The notes below the pieces were generated by a model, which ran no database searches, was not told the DNA's origin, and saw only the letters and a list, made by a program, of their open reading frames with translations. From positions 720,001 to 752,000 of the forward strand of contig NC_014833.1 in NCBI RefSeq assembly GCF_000179635.2: a stretch of 32,000 bases of DNA, written 5' to 3'. Source of the DNA: Ruminococcus albus 7 = DSM 20455. GTDB taxonomy: Bacteria; Bacillota; Clostridia; Oscillospirales; Ruminococcaceae. Below are positions 15,565 through 23,200 of the stretch, in pieces. How positions within the stretch are numbered: position 1 is the stretch's first letter; every line of letters starts with the position of its first letter. The translations under genes were made by a program, and so were the position numbers.

Positions 15565-17439
15565 ATGACGGAAAGCATCATAGTTCAACTTGGAAAATAC
15601 GATGTTCCCATTCTGCAGAAGCAGCCTGATTTTGAGGTCGATCTGCTGAAGTCGAACATACTCCTGTTCGGTTCACCCCAGAGCGGCAAAACTAATCTTA
15701 TAAGGCTGATAATCAATATCCTTCACAAGAAGATGAATGTAGAGGACGAGCAGATATTCATACTCGATTTCGGCGGCGCACTGGCTGATTATCAGACTAT
15801 GCCGCTGGTATCAGCGTATTTTGACAATTCCAATGAGGAGTACGTAAAGCGTGTTTTCAAGATACTGGAAACCAAGCTGAAAGAAAACACAAGGGCTTTG
15901 CAGGGTGTGGGATTTGCTGCTAAAAAGGAAGGTCAGCCAAGGCATATAACTTTTTTTATAGACAACTTCAATTCATTCCTTGATGAACCGAGATATCAGG
16001 GCTATCAGGAAAAGTTTGCAAGACTTTGCCGTGACGGTCTGTCGAAAGGTATCTCCGTAGTGGTGACTGCATCGGAGAACAAGGGAATGACTTCATACAT
16101 CAATAACCTTGGGCAGAAGATCGCTCTCAACCTTTCTGATGACAGGTACGGTGAGATCTTCGGCGGAAAGGTATCAAGCATAGGAAACATACCCGGACGC
16201 GGTTTTGCGAATATTACCATGAGACTTCGCGAAAAGGACCGCAAGGGGAAGTATCACGAGATAACGGGTACCTACAACATAAACTCGCCCTATGAGATAC
16301 ACTGCAGCTTCGCAGAGGATATAAACAAGGGTGATTTCAGGATAAATCTCCACAAGAAATTTCAGTACGATGCAGATAAGAAGTGCTTCGGTAAAGAGGT
16401 GGAGAAGTACAAGATATTCCCGCAGACCTTCGGTGTGGCTGAATACTATCATCAGCTGGAGGGCGAACAGGATATAACCGATCCGCAGTATGAAGTTGCT
16501 GTTGGGCTGGACTATGTAGATTTCAAGCCTGTTGTGGTCAATTTCAAGGATTCACGTTTTCTGGCGGTATACGCTAAGCGAGGTGCCGGACAGGATCAGC
16601 TTCTGGACAGGATCGTTACTAACCTGATGGAACATGACACAAGAAAGCTTGTACTCTTTGATGACGGACGCGGTCAGCTGAAGATGCTCAAAGATAAGTT
16701 CCCGGCGGCAACGTACATATCACAATATGTGGCTAGGAGCGAGCTGGAGAAGGAAAAGCCGAAAGAGCCCGAACCTGTGGTGTCCGCGGCATCAGCTATG
16801 ATGGGTGGTAGGACATCGGCAGGCGGAAGCTTTTTCAGCGGGCAGAAGGCTGAGCCGAGATTCGCGAAGCCCCCCGAGATAAGCAAGCCTGTGATACCTC
16901 AGGGATCAAAGCTTTCACCTATGCAGCAGCTTATAAAATACATACACGAGGAATGCGTGGATGTGGGCAACTTTGCGAGCCTGCTTTACACGGGCAAGGA
17001 GTATCTTTCCATGCTGGAGAGAAATCCGAATGTGCCTATAGGGTGCCTGGATACTTTCCGTGACCCGACGGTATTCGTGCTGCACAGCAAGCTGGTATAC
17101 AGCTCGGTGCGGGAAAACAAGCAGTTCCTTGAATACATCATGCCGATACTTTCCGATATGGCGGAGGAAAGAGATTACATATTCATATTCTCAGACGTAA
17201 GGAAAATGTCGGACATCGAGATGAATGATAAGTTCAATACTCTGGTACACACGGCATTCGTGCTTGATAATATCGCGGAGTTCGTATCGGAGAAAGGACA
17301 GAAGACCATATTCGGTGATCTCGATGTAAAGATGCTGAAAGCAGATTACGCGCTCTGTGAAAAGGGCGATGGTTATTATTATGACGTAGAGGCGGACAGC
17401 CTGAAAAAGTTTAAGATGATACAAGAGGAGGATTTCTGA
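15565..17439 (+). CDS. essC: EssC/EccC-like ATPase, part b (one canonical and one degenerate nucleotide-binding domain)
   Basis: Walker A NILLFGSPQSGKTNLI with ITFFIDNFNSF. The second domain has a degenerate P-loop FLAVYAKRGAGQDQLL (no Lys-Ser/Thr). It is in the same reading frame as part a, separated only by TGA-CAG. GGGAGGG lies 10 nt upstream of ATG 15565. Confidence 0.8.
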   Translation: MTESIIVQLGKYDVPILQKQPDFEVDLLKSNILLFGSPQSGKTNLIRLIINILHKKMNVEDEQIFILDFGGALADYQTMPLVSAYFDNSNEEYVKRVFKILETKLKENTRALQGVGFAAKKEGQPRHITFFIDNFNSFLDEPRYQGYQEKFARLCRDGLSKGISVVVTASENKGMTSYINNLGQKIALNLSDDRYGEIFGGKVSSIGNIPGRGFANITMRLREKDRKGKYHEITGTYNINSPYEIHCSFAEDINKGDFRINLHKKFQYDADKKCFGKEVEKYKIFPQTFGVAEYYHQLEGEQDITDPQYEVAVGLDYVDFKPVVVNFKDSRFLAVYAKRGAGQDQLLDRIVTNLMEHDTRKLVLFDDGRGQLKMLKDKFPAATYISQYVARSELEKEKPKEPEPVVSAASAMMGGRTSAGGSFFSGQKAEPRFAKPPEISKPVIPQGSKLSPMQQLIKYIHEECVDVGNFASLLYTGKEYLSMLERNPNVPIGCLDTFRDPTVFVLHSKLVYSSVRENKQFLEYIMPILSDMAEERDYIFIFSDVRKMSDIEMNDKFNTLVHTAFVLDNIAEFVSEKGQKTIFGDLDVKMLKADYALCEKGDGYYYDVEADSLKKFKMIQEEDF

Positions 17440-17777
17440 TGGCAGACGAGTTTGTAGTAGATGACAGCGTATTCAAGTCCGTTGATATAACTAAAATTGC
17501 AGCTTTTATAAATAAAGCACCGGGGCTTGTAGATGAGTTTGAAAAGATCAAAGAAGACTTCAATAATGTCAATAGTGAGCTGCTGGCTATCTGGGTAGGC
17601 GAAGGCGCTGATGAGTACAAGCAGGAAACAGATCATATCCTTGAAAAGATAGGTGACCTGAAAACTACGATAGAAGCGATCAATTCGACTACTCTCGCGG
17701 ATATAAGAAAGCAGTTCAGCGACGCTGACGATGAGCTTGGCAAGTTCAATAGGCAACAAGCCAGTGACGGGGAATAA
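17439..17777 (+). CDS. WXG100 family protein (canonical W-V-G)
   Basis: 112 aa with LLAIWVGEGADEYKQ in the central turn. The ATG overlaps the essC-b stop (TGATG). C-terminal DADDELGKFNRQQASDGE. Confidence 0.8.
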   Translation: MADEFVVDDSVFKSVDITKIAAFINKAPGLVDEFEKIKEDFNNVNSELLAIWVGEGADEYKQETDHILEKIGDLKTTIEAINSTTLADIRKQFSDADDELGKFNRQQASDGE

Positions 17778-17786
17778 CATTCTGTT

Positions 17787-17957
17787 ATGGCAAATGGTTT
17801 TGTGAACAGCACTGACAATTTTCAGCAGGAAGAGGAATTCGACCCGCAGGAAAAAGTTGTACAGGTGCAGAATAAGAAGTATGAGACCGAAAAGAAAGTC
17901 GAAGAGAAATTTCAGGTCAATATATTTGATCTGCTCGGATTTATAGACGAAGACTGA
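17787..17957 (+). CDS. Possible small acidic protein (56 aa), below the ORF-track cutoff
   Basis: MANGFVNSTDNFQQEEEFDPQEKVVQVQNKKYETEKKVEEKFQVNIFDLLGFIDED. It fills the otherwise empty 185-bp gap between the WXG100 gene and the kinase gene. Only a weak GGGGAA lies 12 nt upstream. Confidence 0.3.
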   Translation: MANGFVNSTDNFQQEEEFDPQEKVVQVQNKKYETEKKVEEKFQVNIFDLLGFIDED

Positions 17958-17962
17958 TCGGA

Positions 17963-19900
17963 TTGGAGCATCGCAGCTTTATGCAGATACACGGCACTAA
18001 ATTCACTTACACGATAGATACCAGCTATGAAGATCTGTACAGATACGGCGATGGTTTTATCGCACGCGGTACAGAGAGTATAGTATACAAAGGCATAAGA
18101 GCGGCGGAGGGTATCTCCAGCGAGAACATCCGCATGAGCTGTGTGCTCAAATTCAAGCGCAGAGGTATCAATGACAGGATACTAAGGCGTTTCAAAAGCA
18201 AGGATCTGAAGATATTCAATGATCTTCAGGGCTGCCGTTCGGTCGTAAGGATATACGATCTTATAGAGGATCTTGGTGATTTTTCTATCAGGTTTGAACA
18301 CGTGGCTGAGGGTGAGGAAGAATTCTACATAGACCGTCACGGATTTTTCTGTGTGGTCGAGGAATTTATCGAGGGCAAAACTCTTGAAGAATTCTGTCTG
18401 GAATACGGTGAGTTCCCTCTGGTCATGAGAACAAAGACGGCTGTTACGGGGTATGATGATTACAGCGATGAAAACAAGGAACGTACAAGAAAGTATGTTA
18501 CGGACAATGATTTCTGTCTGCGCTTTCAGAGTGTGATATACAACTTCGCTGTAAAGCTGTGTGATGTGCTGGATTATATGCACAGGAACAGGATACTCCA
18601 CATGGATATAAAGCCCGATAATATCATGATAACAAATGCGGGCGATGAGGTAGTGCTTATTGACTTCGGCAGGGCGAGCTACATGGATTACGGCAAGGAT
18701 TACGTAACGGTGCAGTTCGGCGGAGAAAGTGCCGAGGAGTACGGTACAGTGGGATATGCAGCGCCTGAGGCGTATAATCCCGTGATGGTCCCTCATGCAC
18801 ACTTTACCTCTGAAAATATGAACGGTGAGCTGGAGAATGGCTGTCGTCTGACAGTGGAGAGCGATATCTTTTCACTTGGCGCGACGCTGTGGGAATGCAT
18901 GAATATATTTGTACTCTACATGAACAATACAGAGTACCGCAAGAAATTCTCAAACGGTTATCACTATCAGCGTTTTTTTGATACACCGGCGATGCTTAAT
19001 GAGGATGCATACTGCAACCGTGATCTTTCGCTGGCTTCGGTGCATTTTTATGAAAAACTGGAGCAGATAATCAAAAAGGCGACAAGATCCAGGACCCATG
19101 ATTATTATGACAAGGACAACAAGAATTATTATCACGACTACGCATCGCTGAGGGATGATATAATAGATGCAAAGGAACGTTCACCTGCGGTGCTGAGGAC
19201 TGATGATATAAAGGTGCGTAATTCCTTTACTGTCAGTGCAGTCTTTATGGGGCTGCTGACGACACTTCTGTGTTTTCTCGGATTTTTGTATTTCTTCGGC
19301 GGCTATTTTGCAGAGAAGAAGATAGATACCATTATGGAAAGCTATCAGGTCTCAAAGCATGATGCGCTGAGAAAGGCTGCAAAGGAGCAGATGAAGGCGA
19401 CAGATCCTGAGGGCAGGAAGGGTATTTACGAGAAAATATACGATTTTTATTATAATGAAAATGACGGTGCTGATACAAAGGGCATGAGTGCTGAGGAGGC
19501 TGAGGATCTGGCACAGCTGCTGGATCTGATACCTGACAAGAGGTATTCACGGGAGAAGTTCGATGAGCTTCTTGGCAATACCGACAGGCAGGTACTCATG
19601 GTATTCTCGGAATATGCTGCAGCTGCAGATCTTGATATCAAGGATGACAGCGAATGTATCAGCTATGAGATACTGGAGAAGATATACGAGTCAAGACAGC
19701 CGCGATATGCAAATGATTGCTATGAGGTGCTTGTAAAGTACGGTGACAGGAATGAGTACCGCAATTTACTGGTATACCTTGCGAAGCAGCTGAATACTGA
19801 CGAAAAGATCGACAAGATAGTTGAACAGCAGGAAAGTGACGAGCCTGATGCTATCGTCAGACGTGCTGTCAGGGATAATCTTGAAAGCTTTGAGGAATGA
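17963..19900 (+). CDS. Membrane-anchored Hanks-type Ser/Thr protein kinase (non-RD) with a C-terminal helical domain
   Basis: Kinase subdomains are readable: RGTESIVYKG (G-loop-like), CVLKFK (Lys), VVEEFIEGKTLEEF, ILHMDIKPDNIMI (HxDxKxxN), LIDFGRA (DFG), GTVGYAAPEA (APE) and ESDIFSLGATLWE. Single TM helix VSAVFMGLLTTLLCFLGFLYFFGGYF at about residues 425-450. TTG start at 17963, or ATG at 17981. Confidence 0.8.
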   Translation: MEHRSFMQIHGTKFTYTIDTSYEDLYRYGDGFIARGTESIVYKGIRAAEGISSENIRMSCVLKFKRRGINDRILRRFKSKDLKIFNDLQGCRSVVRIYDLIEDLGDFSIRFEHVAEGEEEFYIDRHGFFCVVEEFIEGKTLEEFCLEYGEFPLVMRTKTAVTGYDDYSDENKERTRKYVTDNDFCLRFQSVIYNFAVKLCDVLDYMHRNRILHMDIKPDNIMITNAGDEVVLIDFGRASYMDYGKDYVTVQFGGESAEEYGTVGYAAPEAYNPVMVPHAHFTSENMNGELENGCRLTVESDIFSLGATLWECMNIFVLYMNNTEYRKKFSNGYHYQRFFDTPAMLNEDAYCNRDLSLASVHFYEKLEQIIKKATRSRTHDYYDKDNKNYYHDYASLRDDIIDAKERSPAVLRTDDIKVRNSFTVSAVFMGLLTTLLCFLGFLYFFGGYFAEKKIDTIMESYQVSKHDALRKAAKEQMKATDPEGRKGIYEKIYDFYYNENDGADTKGMSAEEAEDLAQLLDLIPDKRYSREKFDELLGNTDRQVLMVFSEYAAAADLDIKDDSECISYEILEKIYESRQPRYANDCYEVLVKYGDRNEYRNLLVYLAKQLNTDEKIDKIVEQQESDEPDAIVRRAVRDNLESFEE

Positions 19901-19913
19901 GAGGTGTGATAAA

Positions 19914-20273
19914 TTGAGATTGGGTCTGTTATCGAAGCTGGCAGAACTGCTTGGAGCATATTTTAAGCATGGCAGGAAGCCGTTCCTGATAACGGTGGGC
20001 ATTTCGATGTTCCTGCTCGGTTCGGCAATAGCTGCGTTAAGGTTCACAGGTAAACTTGAACGTATCATAAACGAATGGGATATTCGTTATAATTCCGCTG
20101 CATTGATATTGATGGTGAAGATATTCATCGGTGCGGCAGTTGTGTTTTTCTTGTATGCGGTGTACATCGGCTTGAAAAAGTACAGGAGGTATTCTTCTGT
20201 TGGCAAGCCTTACATGAAAGGCACATCTTACAAGGCATTCAGTAATATATTGTTCAATGAGAATAAAAATTGA
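19914..20273 (+). CDS. Small 2-TM membrane protein (119 aa)
   Basis: TTG 19914 with GAGAGGTG 7 nt upstream. The ORF-track start at 19821 would overlap the kinase gene. TM helices: FLITVGISMFLLGSAIAAL and ALILMVKIFIGAAVVFFLYAVYIGL. Confidence 0.5.
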   Translation: MRLGLLSKLAELLGAYFKHGRKPFLITVGISMFLLGSAIAALRFTGKLERIINEWDIRYNSAALILMVKIFIGAAVVFFLYAVYIGLKKYRRYSSVGKPYMKGTSYKAFSNILFNENKN

Positions 20274-20290
20274 AGGAGAGGGGAAGATAT

Positions 20291-23200
20291 ATGACTATCG
20301 CCAAGCGGATATTATCGATGGTGGCAGCACTTTCGATAATTTCTAACAACAGCATCCCTATGGGGCTGATCAACTCAAGCGGTGAAAATTCGTCGAACAG
20401 GGGATCGGTGGAGAATAACAACAGATTTGAATCTGATGAACTGACTACATCAGACGAGGTGACTACGGACGAACAGACTCGCAGTAAGTCTGTGCACCAA
20501 AACGCTCCTAAGTTCTATTGTACGCCCCATGTTTCGAGCAACTGGGTAAAGAAACTCTCTGGCTGGGAGATGTTAAAGACCGATGATGGTGCAAGTATTT
20601 ATTTCAGACTGTCGGATGAATCTTTTTCGCCTGATGCATCTGATATAAGAACAGGTCTGGCAGCATCTTACAGCGACACTTCTAATCTTCAGCAGGGCAA
20701 TAAGTACGTATGCTTTTATGCCAAGTGGAATGATACTGAAGATGAGAGCAAAATAGCGATATCACCTGTATTGAACTATAAGCTGGATAAAGATCCGCCT
20801 GACGAATTCAGAATCGGATACGGTACTATCGGATATTGGCCATATATCATGCCGATTATCAGAAATGGCTCGCCTATCAAAGATCAGGTTTCGGATATCG
20901 ACAAGATCTATTATTCTGTAGGAACCAAATATGAAAAGGATAATGATATACAGGATCCGAAAAAAACCAAGCTTCTTGATAAGCACAATGCAGAAGGCGG
21001 CGGATATGATATCTGCATACCATGTACTTCGGATATCCTTTTCAAGAATGTATATGTCTATGCTTATGACATGAGCGGTAATCTTACCACTTCGGAAGTA
21101 TTATTTGTTAATGATATTGACAACCCTGTTGTGGAATATAAGGGCGCTTGCAATATAATCAAAAAGACAGAAGATAAAGAAGAGTATACAGAAGAGGAAC
21201 CCTTCAGACATGAGTACGGTGATGACAGGGTAAAGGATAACAAGCACACCGATTATACCTATGTCAGTGGTGTTTCCTACTTAAAGGTAAAGGTCACCGA
21301 TTCAAACAGAGATAATTGCAAGGTGACAGTCAAATGGGGTTCAAAGGACGATGAGTTCAAAAAATTCAACATATCCGAACTTCATGTGCCCAAAGATATA
21401 GAGCCTGAAAAGGACGTGGTATACATACCGTTCTCAGAGCTGGGTCTGGAAGATTCCGCGAAGCATGGCATTTATCAGTTCACTATAGAGGCAAGTGACG
21501 GATGCTATCCCGCAGAACCTTGTCACACCGATGCGGATGTATTCTTCTGGTACTCAAAGTCAAATGACGGTGATGTTATCTCCACATTTAATATCCCGGG
21601 TGAACATAAAATAAGACCTTATGATTTTGAATCCAAACTTGAAGACAGTGTAACAGCATACCTTTTTGACAAGACCGAAACAGGCAACAAGCTGATATTT
21701 ACTCTTAAAGATGATGTGGGTATCGCTGAGTATTCTGCACATATTACTAAAGATGGTAAGGAGTTTATGCCTGAGCGCCGGGTCGATCTGAGAGATGGTA
21801 TTGTTACGAAGGGCGAAGACGAAACTACCGGTGAAGTTGTATATTACTCAGTGCCCAAAACTGAAATAAGATCGGAAGCGATCGATGTAGATCAAAACGG
21901 CACTTATGCGGTGCATATAGAACTTCTCGATTTTGAAGGAAACAAACAGACATACGATCACAGATTTATAGTAGATACAGAAGCGCCTGTGATTAAGGGT
22001 AATGATTACACTGCAAACAAGGAACTGAATTATACTAAAGACGGTATCTACGCAAACAATGAGTTCGATCTGACTATAGTGCCTGAAAATGATCTGAGCG
22101 GTATAGATCCTTCTAAGGTATTGCTCAAAATAGATGACATCACCAAGAGAACGGCAGAATTAGAAGAAGGCAATCTGGTATTCAAGGGAATAAAAGATGA
22201 TTGCTGCGGTGAGATATCTATCGTTATCCCGGATAAGGTGGGTAATAAGAACACTTATTATTTTAAGACAGTTGATAATAATAAGACTGTGATGACCGGT
22301 GAAAAGCTTTCATTGAATGTTCCTACAGGTGTAGTTCTTCAGGTCGATAGTACTGCGCCTCAGCTGATCCGTAAAGCAGTGGGTGAAAAAGTAGAAATAG
22401 TTGATGGAGAAGATGGTTCAGAGATACCGTACTTTGGTGCCGGAGAGGGCAATTATTTTGAATTCACATTCAAGGAAGATAAGGGACTCAGATCACACAA
22501 TATAGTTTTCCATAATGATGACGGCAGTGAGATAGATGGTCATGGTGATTCGGAAGACTATACCAATGAGGAAAAATATCCATCTCCTGTCATGGAGGCA
22601 GGTCCTGTGAAGATACCTGTTGATATGGAATCAGGCAGATATACCATAGACGGAAGTGTGACCAATCTGGCAGGTGCAACTGTTAATCTGAACAACGGAG
22701 GAACCAACAGCAAAGAAGTATTTGAATTCTATGTTGATAAGATTGCACCTCAGATCGAAAGTGTGGATTTCAGATCAAGTGATCAAGACGAAAATAAGAA
22801 AAGCCTGATGAATTTTACCAGGTTTGGTATTTTCGGCAAAGAAAAAGTCGATCTGGTAATAAATGCTAAGGATAATCCTTATGGTATAGGTGTTGATAGT
22901 GCTACGCTTATGTGGGGCGAGACCCTTGAAAGCAAAGATAAGGGCTATACTGTCAAAGCTGACAATAACGGCGTAATAGTATTTAAAGATCTTGCACCTA
23001 TAAGAACAGGTGTACCTCATCTGGTAGTCAGAGATAGACTGGGTAATGAGAACAACTACTATTTCACAGCTAACTCATTAAACAAAGATCCGGGTAAGAT
23101 CATAATGGAGGACCCTGAAAATGCTGAAGAGCATCTTTCCATGACACTTGAAAATGGTGCTCCTTTTGTAGATCTTATAGTTGAAAATAAAGAAGCCGTG

